From positions 288,001 through 352,000 of the forward strand of contig CAVSGI010000021.1 of NCBI GenBank assembly GCA_963727445.1: DNA of 64,000 nucleotides. Direction: 5' to 3'. Source of the stretch: an uncultured delta proteobacterium. GTDB lineage: Bacteria > Myxococcota_A > Polyangia > Polyangiales > B10-G4. The notes under the pieces are model-generated. The model was not told the origin of the DNA and searched no databases. It saw only the letters and a program-made list of their open reading frames with translations. The position numbers and the translations under genes are program-made. Positions 41,047 to 52,812 of this stretch are shown piece by piece (the stretch's first letter is position 1; the number at the start of each line of letters is the position of its first letter).

Positions 41047-42663
41047 ATGCGGGTCACCTGTGACTATCTGGTCCTGGGCTCGGGGGTCGCCGGCCTCACC
41101 TTCGCCCTCGAAGCTGCCAAGCACGGAGACGTGATGGTCGTGACCAAGCGCTCCACCAGCGACTCGGCCACCGCGTGGGCACAGGGAGGCATCGCAGCTG
41201 TCCTCGACCCGGCGGATTCCTTCGAGGCCCACGTCGCGGATACGCTCGCGACAGGCAACGGGATCAGTCATCGCGACGTGGTGGAGACCGTCGTCCGGGA
41301 AGGTCCGGATCGCGTGCGTGCGCTGATGGAGCTCGGCGCGAAGTTCAGCCCCCAGGAAGGAAGGTCCGGCCCGGACGCCCCGCTGGACCTCACGCGCGAG
41401 GGCGGGCACAGCGCCCGCCGCGTGGTGCACGCCGGTGACATCACGGGACGCGAGGTGCAGCGCGCGCTGGTCGCCGCGGTCGCCGCGAACCCGCGGATCG
41501 AGATCCACGAGCATCACATGGCGGTGGATCTGATCGAGCAGAGCCGCCTCGTCGGCGGCGCGCCGCGCGTGCTCGGCGCTTACATCCTCGACGAGGACAC
41601 CGGCGAGGTGCACACCTACGCGGCGCGCGCGACCATTCTCGCTACCGGCGGCGCCGGCAAGGTCTACCTCTACACCTCGAACCCGGACGTCGCGACCGGC
41701 GACGGTGTGGCGATGGCCTATCGGGCCGGGGCGCAGATCGGGAACATGGAGTTCTTCCAGTTCCATCCCACGTGCCTCTACCACCCAGAGGCGCGCACCT
41801 TTCTGATCAGCGAGGCGCTGCGGGGCGAGGGCGGCGTGCTGCGTCTGGCGGACGGGACCGCCTTCATGGAGAAGCACCACCCGATGAAGGACCTCGCGCC
41901 GCGCGACGTGGTGGCGCGGGCGATCGACTTCGAGATGAAGCGCACCGGCGCCGAGCACGTGCTCCTCGACATGTCGGCGCAGCCGGCGAGCTTCCTGACC
42001 GAGCGCTTCCCGAACATCCACGCCGAGTGCATGAAGTACGGGATCGACATGACGAAGGCGCCCATCCCGGTGGTGCCGGCGGCGCACTACATGTGCGGCG
42101 GCGTAGTGGTGGATCTCCACGGCCAGTCGAGCCTCCCCGGCCTCTACGCCATCGGCGAGGTCACCTGCAGCGGCCTGCACGGGGCGAATCGCCTCGCCTC
42201 GAACTCGCTCCTCGAAGGGCTGGTCTTCGGCTATCGCGCCGCCCATGCGCTGGGCGACGAGCGTGCGGAAGGGGAGCTGTCCATCCCGGACGTCCCGGAG
42301 TGGGACGTGGGCTCGGCGGTTCCCAGCGACGAGGCCGTCGTCGTCGTCCACAACTGGGAGGAGCTCCGCCGCTTCATGTGGAACTACGTCGGCATCGTTC
42401 GCTCCGACAAGCGCCTCAGGCGCGCGTCCCGTCGCGTCGCGCTCTTGCAGGAGGAGATCCGCGAGTATTACTGGCAGCACCTGGTGAGCCGCGACCTCCT
42501 CGAGCTGCGCAACATCGCCGACGTCGCCGAGCTGATCATCCGCTGCGCCTCCACCCGCAAGGAGAGCCGCGGCCTCCATTACACCCTCGACCACAAAGAA
42601 CGGGACGACGTGCACTTCGGGCGGGACACGCTGATCACCCGGGAGCCGACGGACGCGACGTGA
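41047..42663 (+). CDS. nadB: L-aspartate oxidase
   Basis: GSGVAG, WAQGGIA, REGGHS, QFHPT, HGANRLASNSLLEG, ESRGLH. Confidence 0.95.
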   Translation: MRVTCDYLVLGSGVAGLTFALEAAKHGDVMVVTKRSTSDSATAWAQGGIAAVLDPADSFEAHVADTLATGNGISHRDVVETVVREGPDRVRALMELGAKFSPQEGRSGPDAPLDLTREGGHSARRVVHAGDITGREVQRALVAAVAANPRIEIHEHHMAVDLIEQSRLVGGAPRVLGAYILDEDTGEVHTYAARATILATGGAGKVYLYTSNPDVATGDGVAMAYRAGAQIGNMEFFQFHPTCLYHPEARTFLISEALRGEGGVLRLADGTAFMEKHHPMKDLAPRDVVARAIDFEMKRTGAEHVLLDMSAQPASFLTERFPNIHAECMKYGIDMTKAPIPVVPAAHYMCGGVVVDLHGQSSLPGLYAIGEVTCSGLHGANRLASNSLLEGLVFGYRAAHALGDERAEGELSIPDVPEWDVGSAVPSDEAVVVVHNWEELRRFMWNYVGIVRSDKRLRRASRRVALLQEEIREYYWQHLVSRDLLELRNIADVAELIIRCASTRKESRGLHYTLDHKERDDVHFGRDTLITREPTDAT

Positions 42664-43202
42664 TGGGGGAGTCGGAGACGGACTCGGAGACGGAGACGAA
42701 CTCGGAGACGGAGACGGACTCGGAGACGGGGACGGGGACGGAGACGGAGACGGACTCGGAGACGGGGACGGGGACGGACTCGGAGACGGAGAGGGAGACG
42801 GAGACCGACTCGGCGGATGTCCCCTTCGCGAAGCCGCTCGGCGTGGTGAATCTCGTCCTCGCCGTCCTCTTGCTCGGAGGGCTCGCCGTTCTGCCGGCGC
42901 GCTATCTGCCTGTGGATGGTCCCGCCATCTTCTTCGCGCTCGCCCTCGCTGCGAGCGGGATCGGGCTCTACGGGGGTGCGACCTGGGGGGCGCGCGTGGC
43001 GCGATACGTCGCGGGAGCCACCCTCGCTGCGGGGGCCGTTCTCTGCACCGCGCTCGCCTTCACCGCGGCGCACATCAGCGGGCTCTACGGGCCGGTGGGA
43101 TCCGGGGGGGCGATCCTTCTCGCGGTGGTGGCGCTACTGCTCCTGCCCTACCTGGTCCTGATCCCCGCGGCTCAGCTCTGGCTCCTCCTCGGAAGACGAT
43201 GA
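42663..43202 (+). CDS. Four-TM membrane protein with acidic (ET/DS) N-terminal repeat
   Basis: TGATG coupling with nadB; hydrophobic C-half. Confidence 0.65.
   Translation: MGESETDSETETNSETETDSETGTGTETETDSETGTGTDSETERETETDSADVPFAKPLGVVNLVLAVLLLGGLAVLPARYLPVDGPAIFFALALAASGIGLYGGATWGARVARYVAGATLAAGAVLCTALAFTAAHISGLYGPVGSGGAILLAVVALLLLPYLVLIPAAQLWLLLGRR
42668..42812. repeat. Hexamer tandem repeat (ggagac/ggactc/ggggac)
   Basis: Seen directly in sequence. Confidence 0.9.
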
Positions 43203-45026
43203 CCCGACGCCGGCTGCTCTGGGCCCTCGCCGCGTGGGTGGGACTGACCCTGCTCGGGGTGCGTGGTGGTGCGCTCTCAGGCGCGGATCGAGCCCGGGCC
43301 CATGCCCGACGCCGACGCGAGCGACTGGGCGCTTCGCGCGCTTCATGCGATGCGCCTCGGGTCTGCCGTGCCGGAGCCTCCGGCCTCCGCCGACGCGTTC
43401 GAAGCCCGCGGCCCCATCATCGTCATCGCCTGGTCGCGCTCCCGGCCGCTCCTTCGCCACGTGGGCGACGCGCGCCTGGTCGAAGCGGTGCGCGAGGCGG
43501 GCGACGTCTTCCGCCAGAGTGACGTGTTGATGGCGCAGCCGGGCTTTCGGGCCGCCGCCGATGCGCCCGATCGGATCCGCTTCACCCTGGAGATCACCCG
43601 GGGCGAGGGGCCGACCTGGATCGGCGTGCCGCTCATCGAAAACCTCGACCTCGTGCCTCTGCGCGAAGGCCTGCACGTGCGGATCGAAGGAGAGGATGCG
43701 TGGATCACGCCGCAGGAGCTGTGGGCGGCGGACGCCTACGACACCGGCGTTCGCACGCCGATCCCCAATCTCACCTTCGGCGCCGACATCCGTGGGCTCG
43801 TGGGCCAGCTCGGCCGGAGCCTCGGCCGCGAGCCGTCCGAAACCCTCGCCCGCGCGACCATCCGTCGCGTCCGCATGGACGCCATCACCCCGGACGTCTA
43901 TCCGCGCCGGGTTCCCCTGACCGAGGAGGCGCTCCGCGAAGCGGCGATGGAGGGCGCGGCTTTTCTGATCCGGCACATGACGCCGGACGGACGCTTCACC
44001 TACGTCTACGATGGCCGCTCCGGGCGCCCGCGGCAGGAGGCCTACAACCTGCCCCGTCATTCGGGCACGGCGTTCTTCCTGGCCCAGGTCGCCAACTCGG
44101 CGGACATGCCCGAGGCGCGCGAGGCGGCGCGAACGGCGTTGACCTGGGTGGGGCGCAATCACATCCGGCACTGCGGGGGGCCCGAGCGCTGGTGCGTGGA
44201 GATGGCGGGGCAGGTCGAGATGGGCTCGAGCGCGCTCACCGCCATCGCTGCGGCCGAGTTTCTGAAGGGCGAAGACGACCCCGCGATCCGCGAGCTCCTC
44301 ACCGGGCTCGCCGCACACATCCGCGACATGCAGCGCGAGGACGGCGAGCTGATGCACCTGTACGACCTCGAGGCGCAGGAGCCCGAGGACGTGCAGCTTC
44401 TCTACTACAGCGGCGAGGCCGCGCTCGCGCTCCTGATGGCGCACGAGGTACTCGACGACGAAGCGGACCTCGAGGCGGCGCGGCGGCTCATGACCCACCT
44501 CACCGGGGCGGGTTGGGACTTCCTCGGCAGCCGCTACTACTACGGCGAAGAGCATTGGACCTGCATCGCCGCGGGTGCGGCGGCTTCGGACGAGGTCGAG
44601 AGCCCGGAGGCGATCGACTTCTGCCGCCGGTGGGCCGAGTTCAATCGAGCCGTCCAATATGGGGAGGGCGAGACCCCGTGGGACGTCGCGGGGGCCTACG
44701 GTGTGGGCCCGATCATCGTGCCGCGCCTCACGCCGGTGGGGTCGCGGACCGAGGCCTTCATCTCCACTTACGAGGCGGCGCGCCGCGTGGGCATCGACGA
44801 CCGCGCGCTCCGAGAGGAGATCGAGGCGGGCCTCGGCATGCTCCTCTCCCATCGCTGGGCGCCCGGCCCGACCCATCTCCTCGCCAATCCCGTCGCCGCG
44901 CGCGGAGGCGTCCCCGCCACCGCGGTCGATCTCACGGTGCGCGACGACTTCGTCCAGCACGCGGGCAGCGCGATGATCCGCTGGGCCAACGTGCTCCGAG
45001 CCGAACGCGAAGGCGCGGCCGACTGA
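43199..45026 (+). CDS. Membrane-anchored protein with (alpha/alpha)-toroid domain; +1 frameshift in G-run at 43256-43259
   Basis: GRFTYVYD..YNLPRHSG, YYSGEA.LAL, HW, D.VQHA; N-terminal anchor MTRRRLLWAL is in another frame. Confidence 0.6.
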
Positions 45027-45029
45027 GCG

Positions 45030-47166
<2,137 letters not shown>

Positions 47167-47265
47167 ACCGCCTTCCCCCAGCACGAGCCGTGCTGCACCC
47201 GCCACCTCCCCGTCCGGGAAGCCAGAGGAGTCGGGAGCTTAGCGCGTTTGTGGCTACGCGCCCGT

Positions 47266-47294
47266 TTGACAGATACGCGGCCTCCCTCTACAAG
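47266..47294 (+). promoter_or_regulatory. Sigma70-type promoter of metK
   Basis: TTGACA-N17-TACAAG. Confidence 0.6.
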
Positions 47295-47385
47295 CTCCCC
47301 TCTTCCTATAGGGCGATGCGGCGAAGTGGTTTCGGCTGAGCGAACGCACGAACGCAGCCCCGAAGAGTGAGAGGGAAATCACAGG

Positions 47386-48684
47386 ATGGCTGGATACGTT
47401 TTCACCTCCGAGTCGGTCACCGAAGGACACCCGGACAAGATCTGCGACGCCGTGAGCGACAGCGTCCTCGACGCGATTCTCGCCGAGGACCCCCGTGCCC
47501 GCGTCGCCTGCGAGACCATGGTCAAGACCGGCTACGCGATCATCGCCGGCGAGGTGACCACCACCGCGAAGCCCGACTACCCGAAGGTCGTCCGCGATGC
47601 GATCCGCGAGATCGGCTACACCAGCTCGGACATGGGCTTCGACGCGGACACCTGCGCGGTGTTCAACGCCATCGAGCGCCAGTCGCCGGACATCGCCCAG
47701 GGCGTCGACACCAACCGCGGCCTGCACAAGGAGCAGGGCGCAGGTGACCAGGGCCTGATGTTCGGTTACGCCTGCGACGAGACGCGCAACCTGATGCCGG
47801 CGCCGATCGACTACTCGCACAAGCTGACGCGCCAGCTCGCCAAGGTCCGCAAGAACGGCAAGCTCCCGTGGCTCCGCCCCGACGGCAAGAGCCAGGTGAC
47901 CTTCGCGTACGACGAGAACAACAAGCCCATCCGCGTCGACGCGGTGGTGGTCTCCACCCAGCACGCGCCCGAGATCAAGCACAAGAAGCTGGTCTCGGCG
48001 ATCATGGAAGAGGTCATCAAGCCGGTGCTGCCGGCGAAGTTCCTCGACAAGAAGACCAGCTACCACATCAACCCCACCGGGCGTTTCGTGGTCGGCGGTC
48101 CCTGCGGTGACGCCGGCGTCACCGGCCGCAAGATCATCGTCGACACCTACGGCGGCATGGGCCGTCACGGCGGCGGCGCCTTCAGCGGCAAGGACCCCTC
48201 CAAGGTCGACCGGAGCGCGACCTATTACGCGCGCTACGTCGCCAAGAACATCGTCGCCGCGAAGCTCGCTTCGCGTTGCGAGGTCCAGGTGGCCTACGCG
48301 ATCGGCGTCGCCCGCCCCATGGGCGTCTTCGTGACGACTTTCGGCACCGGCACGGTGGAGGACGCGAAGATCGAGAAGGCGGTTCGCGAGGCGTTCGATT
48401 TCCGCCCCGCGGCGCTCATCGAAGAGCTCGACCTTCTTCGCCCGATCTATCGTCCGACGGCGGCCTACGGTCACTTCGGTCGCACCGAGAAGACCTTCAC
48501 CTGGGAGCGCACCGACAAGGCGGAGCTCCTCAAGGATCTCGTCGACGGCAAGATCAAGGCGCCCAAGCACAAGGGCAGCAGCAACGGGGCCAAGACCAAG
48601 GCCAACGGCCACGCCGGCACGTCCAAGAAGGGCGGCAAGAAGAAGAGCAAGAAGCCGGGCCGGAGCGACAGCGCTCGGAGCTGA
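47386..48684 (+). CDS. metK: S-adenosylmethionine synthetase
   Basis: [34 protein letters not shown]. Confidence 0.97.
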   Translation: MAGYVFTSESVTEGHPDKICDAVSDSVLDAILAEDPRARVACETMVKTGYAIIAGEVTTTAKPDYPKVVRDAIREIGYTSSDMGFDADTCAVFNAIERQSPDIAQGVDTNRGLHKEQGAGDQGLMFGYACDETRNLMPAPIDYSHKLTRQLAKVRKNGKLPWLRPDGKSQVTFAYDENNKPIRVDAVVVSTQHAPEIKHKKLVSAIMEEVIKPVLPAKFLDKKTSYHINPTGRFVVGGPCGDAGVTGRKIIVDTYGGMGRHGGGAFSGKDPSKVDRSATYYARYVAKNIVAAKLASRCEVQVAYAIGVARPMGVFVTTFGTGTVEDAKIEKAVREAFDFRPAALIEELDLLRPIYRPTAAYGHFGRTEKTFTWERTDKAELLKDLVDGKIKAPKHKGSSNGAKTKANGHAGTSKKGGKKKSKKPGRSDSARS

Positions 48685-48719
48685 TCAGAATCTGAGAAGG
48701 CCTTTCGGGGGGAAGGTGC

Positions 48720-48756
48720 ACGGGCTCGTGTCTTCGGACGCGGGCCCGTTTTCTTT
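48720..48756 (+). terminator. Intrinsic terminator after metK
   Basis: acgggctcgtgtc-ttcg-gacgcgggcccgt then tttcttt. Confidence 0.8.
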
Positions 48757-48765
48757 CGCGCGTGC

Positions 48766-49962
48766 TCAGAGCGCGAGGCGTTCGGCCACTCGCGGCCACG
48801 CTCGTTCGAGCACGGCGCTCGGGATCTCGTCGTGCCCCACGCCGTCGAGGGTGACGAGCTGGACGTTGGGGTGGCGTCGCGCGAGCTCGCGGCTCAGCGC
48901 GAACGGAACCGTCCGATCGGCGCTTCCGTGGAAGACGAGAATGGGCCGCACCTCGGTCATGAAGTCCCGCGGGCGCCACTGCATCATCGGCGTCTGCCCC
49001 ATCCCGCGCGCGACCCAGGCGCTACCGGCGAGGACCGTGCCGCGGAATGGGCCGAGCAGAGCCGTGCGGCGTCGGACGAGCGCGGGATAGCTCGAGGTTG
49101 GGGCGAGCAGGACGTAGGCGTCGGCTTCGAGGGTCCCTGACGCGGCGAGTATCGTGCCGGCGCCCATCGACGTGCCCACGAGCGCCAGCCGCGAGACGCC
49201 GGGCTGGCGCAGCATGAAGCGCGCGGCGGCGCGCACGTCCGCCCGCCCGCGTTGACCGTAGGTGCAGACGGCGCCGTCGCTCGTTCCGTGGGCGCGATCG
49301 TCGATGCGGAGGGAGTGTGCGCCCGCGGCGCGCAGGCGCTTCGCCCACTCGATCCATCGATCGCGCCCGTCGGACACGCCGTGCACCAGCACCACCCCGA
49401 GGTCGCCTTCGCCGGGGGCGTAAGTGCCGCGGATGGCGTAGCCGTCGCTGGTTTCGAGGGTGACGGCGCGCTCGTCGGGGCCGACCCACGGCCATTGGTG
49501 GACGATGCGCGCTGGCACGATGGCGAGCTGGGTGTTGACCACCACGATGCCGACGGCGACGAGGAGATAGATCGACGGCAGGACGACGACGGTGGCGCTC
49601 GCGACCCTGCGCGCGCGGGATACCTCTTGCCGAGAGGTGAGGCGCCCAGCGTGGAAGACGGCCTCGACGCCGAGGCAGAGCGTGCTGCCGCTCAACCAAG
49701 TGACGGTGATCGCCGAGCGATCGAGAGGGATGGTCAGGACGAAGGGCAGGGCGAGCAGCGCGGCGACGCGCCGGTGCTTCGCATCGGGGCGAACGACGTA
49801 CGCCCCGAGGAGGGGCAACGCCGCCCCGAGGAGGACCGCGACGAAGCGCGCATCGACGCTGGTGGCTCCGAGGGCGGGCGCTGCGTAGGCGCCGATCACG
49901 CCCCCGACGACGGCGGACGCGAGCGCCGCCGAGGCGAGGGCGATGCGGCGCTCCTCGGTCAT
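48766..49962 (-). CDS. Membrane-anchored alpha/beta hydrolase
   Basis: N-terminal TMs; VHG, D.RAHG.S, GTSMGA, HGSADRTV, GVGH. Confidence 0.82.
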   Translation of the reverse strand: MTEERRIALASAALASAVVGGVIGAYAAPALGATSVDARFVAVLLGAALPLLGAYVVRPDAKHRRVAALLALPFVLTIPLDRSAITVTWLSGSTLCLGVEAVFHAGRLTSRQEVSRARRVASATVVVLPSIYLLVAVGIVVVNTQLAIVPARIVHQWPWVGPDERAVTLETSDGYAIRGTYAPGEGDLGVVLVHGVSDGRDRWIEWAKRLRAAGAHSLRIDDRAHGTSDGAVCTYGQRGRADVRAAARFMLRQPGVSRLALVGTSMGAGTILAASGTLEADAYVLLAPTSSYPALVRRRTALLGPFRGTVLAGSAWVARGMGQTPMMQWRPRDFMTEVRPILVFHGSADRTVPFALSRELARRHPNVQLVTLDGVGHDEIPSAVLERAWPRVAERLAL

Positions 49963-50837
49963 GGCTCGAGCGACAGCCTGCGCGAGGTGACCGCGCCATG
50001 TCCCACGATGTCGATCTCCGCCGGACGGATCTCCACGACCGCCCAGGCGTTGCTCGCCGGGGGCGCTTCCACCATGCCTTCGAGGGTGACGTGGTGGATG
50101 CCGTGGCGCTCGGCGTAGCCGCCCGCGTGCACGTGACCGTTCATCCACAGCGCCGCCGCTCGCGAGGCCTCGAGGACGGCCAGCGTCTCCTCGTGGTCGG
50201 AGACGACGAAGCGCGGTTCAGAGGCCTCGCCCAGGAGCGGGTGATGGGCGAAGACGAGCGCCTCGTCCCCTTCGGCTTCGGCGTCGGCGAGCTCGCGCGC
50301 GAGCCAGGACCGCTGCGCCTCGCCGACGCCGCCCCGGTAGGCGAGGTCGCCCACGGGTGCGTCGGCCATGGTGTCGACGAGGAGGAAGCGAAAGCCATCC
50401 CTGCGAATCGAGCGATAGCCCCGGGTGAGACCGAGGCGCTCCTCGAGCTCGGGGCGGGGGATCGCGAGGCCGTGATTGCCGATCACGTGCCACAGGGGCG
50501 CGGCGAGGGCGCCGAGGACGTCGAGGACCGCGTCGAGATCGCGGCGTGAGTCTTCGAGACGCGGGCGGCCGTCGATGATGTCGCCCAGCTGGATCACGAA
50601 GTCGAGGCGCTCTCGTGCGAGGCCCGCCACCGCATCCCTCAGATGCGGGAGCGCCTCTCGATAGCGCCGCGCGCCGAAGGGCGGTTTGTCGGCGTATTGA
50701 ACGTCGGCGACGACCCCGAAGCGAAGCAGAGGCGGCGGCCGCGGCGTCGCGTGCGGCGCGGCGAGGTGAGCGAGCGCCAGCGTACCGACGAGGTACGCGG
50801 CGACGACGCCAGCGATTCGCAGGGTGCTCCGCCTCAG
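49959..50837 (-). CDS. Metallophosphoesterase, Mn-dependent ADP-ribose/CDP-alcohol diphosphatase-like; probable CTG start
   Basis: ADVQYAD, QLGDIIDG, GNH, HHP, NGHVHAG. Confidence 0.78.
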   Translation of the reverse strand: MRRSTLRIAGVVAAYLVGTLALAHLAAPHATPRPPPLLRFGVVADVQYADKPPFGARRYREALPHLRDAVAGLARERLDFVIQLGDIIDGRPRLEDSRRDLDAVLDVLGALAAPLWHVIGNHGLAIPRPELEERLGLTRGYRSIRRDGFRFLLVDTMADAPVGDLAYRGGVGEAQRSWLARELADAEAEGDEALVFAHHPLLGEASEPRFVVSDHEETLAVLEASRAAALWMNGHVHAGGYAERHGIHHVTLEGMVEAPPASNAWAVVEIRPAEIDIVGHGAVTSRRLSLEP

Positions 50838-52645
50838 CGGCGCATGCCGGTGAAGGTGCCCTCGATGGTGTCGCCCATGCCCATCTCGTCCCAGCTGCCG
50901 GTCCAGACGCCGTCCTCGAGGCGCTGGGCGATGCCGTCGGTGGACAGCTCGGTGCCGGTGGCCGTGCCCTGGATGGTCATGGTGGCGCCGACGTCGATGA
51001 AGCCGGCGATGTTCTCGTCGACGTAGTTGCCAGCCGCCGCGAGACCCTGGTTGCAGTACATCTCGTACTGCGCCTCGGTGAGGCGGTCGGTCACCCCGTC
51101 CCAGGCGCCGTAGATGGCAGAGGCCACGTCGCGGCAGTCGATCCACTCGCGGAGCATGTCCTCGGTGCTGCTGAAGCCGAAGAGCGGCAAGAGGCCGTTC
51201 AGGTAGATGTACTGGACCAGTCGGCCGAGCTGCAGCTCGAAGGAGTGGGGCGGCAGCACCAGGGAGTCGCCCACGCTCCGCGCGAGGCCCGTGCGGCTCA
51301 GCTCCGTGAGTCCCACCTCGCGCATCTCGAACATGAAGAAGTGCTCCATGCCGCCGAGGTCGCGCAGGGACACCTCCATGATCAGGAGGCGGTGGTCGAA
51401 GGGGATGTCCCCGAACTCGTCCTCGGGCATCAGGATGAGGGCGCTCTGGATGCGGGCGCGGGTGATCGCGGCCGACAGGTCGCCCGCCGCGTCGAGGAAG
51501 CGGGTCACCACCTCCGGCACGTAGGTGCTGATGGCGTTGTTGATGAAGTTCTGGGCGGCGCGGCCGGCGATCTCGTAGCCGGCGCAGCCGCCGATGAAGC
51601 GGCTGTGGGCCCCGCTCCAGCTGGTGAAGTTCTCCTGGTAGAGGGCGGCGATGTCTCCGAAGCCGTGATCGGAGTTGTATCCGCCGCACCCATCGTAGCC
51701 GCTCTCGCCCGCCATGCACTCCCACGCACAGGTCAGACGCATGATGATGTCGAGGATGAAGGCGCCCGGATCCTGGCCCCAGTCCTCGGTGGCCGGGTTT
51801 CCGTCGATGTTCTGATCGTCGGTGAGCTCGGTGAGCACCTCGAGGGCGGTTGCCACCGATGGCGGCAGCACGCCCGAGAAGTTGAACTGGTTCGACAGGT
51901 CGTAGGTCCCCTCGAAGCGCACGTTCGCCTCGAGGTCCGACAGATCGATGTTGACCAGCGTCTCCTCGCCGGCGCGGACCTCCACGCCCACCTTGCAGCC
52001 CCAGGCCGCGGGCACGTCCGAGATGTTCGCGGTGACCACCACCACCCAGTCGGTGGCCGGCGGCAAGCCCACGAAGCCAGGCCGGTCGCGGAGGCTGCTC
52101 ACCGGCGAGCCGATGCGCTCCGCCGTGGGGAAGCGCGCCGGGTCGAGCGAGTCGCAGCTCACGCCGCGGAAGAGGTAGGGGACGAACTGGTCGAAGGTCT
52201 GGTCGCCGGTGTAGCGCATGGAGACGGCGATGCTGCCCACGTCCTCCTGGGAGACGTTGATCAGGAAGGTGACGGAGTTGCCTACCGGTGGGGTGGCGAC
52301 CACGGAGAAGTTGGTCTCGGTGGTGCCGGCGTCGAGGACGATGGTCCCGATCCCATCGTCGCCCGTGTTGACCCGCGAGGCGTTGAGGCGCGAATCAGTC
52401 GGGCCTCCGGTGATCTCGAAGTCGATGGGGGCGCCGGCGATCTGGGTGCCGTCCTCGTAGACGTAGCGCACCCGCAGGTCGCTGCTCTCCCCAGGCCTCA
52501 GGTTGAAGGTGTTGCTGCCGACGATCTCGAGGCGCGCCTGATCGAGGCGGGGATCGCCCGGGTCGTAGGGATCGCCACCGCTGGCGCAGGCGACGATGAG
52601 GAGCAGGGGAAGGGAGAGCAGGCCAAGACGGCGACAGACCAACAT
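50834..52645 (-). CDS. Large lipoprotein with N-terminal Ig-like domain
   Basis: Lipobox IVAC; G.PI.F....T.DDG Ig-like pattern. Confidence 0.7.
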   Translation of the reverse strand: MLVCRRLGLLSLPLLLIVACASGGDPYDPGDPRLDQARLEIVGSNTFNLRPGESSDLRVRYVYEDGTQIAGAPIDFEITGGPTDSRLNASRVNTGDDGIGTIVLDAGTTETNFSVVATPPVGNSVTFLINVSQEDVGSIAVSMRYTGDQTFDQFVPYLFRGVSCDSLDPARFPTAERIGSPVSSLRDRPGFVGLPPATDWVVVVTANISDVPAAWGCKVGVEVRAGEETLVNIDLSDLEANVRFEGTYDLSNQFNFSGVLPPSVATALEVLTELTDDQNIDGNPATEDWGQDPGAFILDIIMRLTCAWECMAGESGYDGCGGYNSDHGFGDIAALYQENFTSWSGAHSRFIGGCAGYEIAGRAAQNFINNAISTYVPEVVTRFLDAAGDLSAAITRARIQSALILMPEDEFGDIPFDHRLLIMEVSLRDLGGMEHFFMFEMREVGLTELSRTGLARSVGDSLVLPPHSFELQLGRLVQYIYLNGLLPLFGFSSTEDMLREWIDCRDVASAIYGAWDGVTDRLTEAQYEMYCNQGLAAAGNYVDENIAGFIDVGATMTIQGTATGTELSTDGIAQRLEDGVWTGSWDEMGMGDTIEGTFTGMRR

Positions 52646-52812
52646 GGTCGCCATTCTAATGGACCGGCGCTCCGGACACTAGATGTGGGGCCTCCGGCCC
52701 CTGCGCACAAGGCTCGCGCCACTGGAGCGAAGCGCCACCCGGAGGGCGCGCCAGCGCCCGAAGGGCGGCGCGCAGCGCAGGTGGCGCGAGCCGGGACTGC
52801 GTCCCGCCTCCC

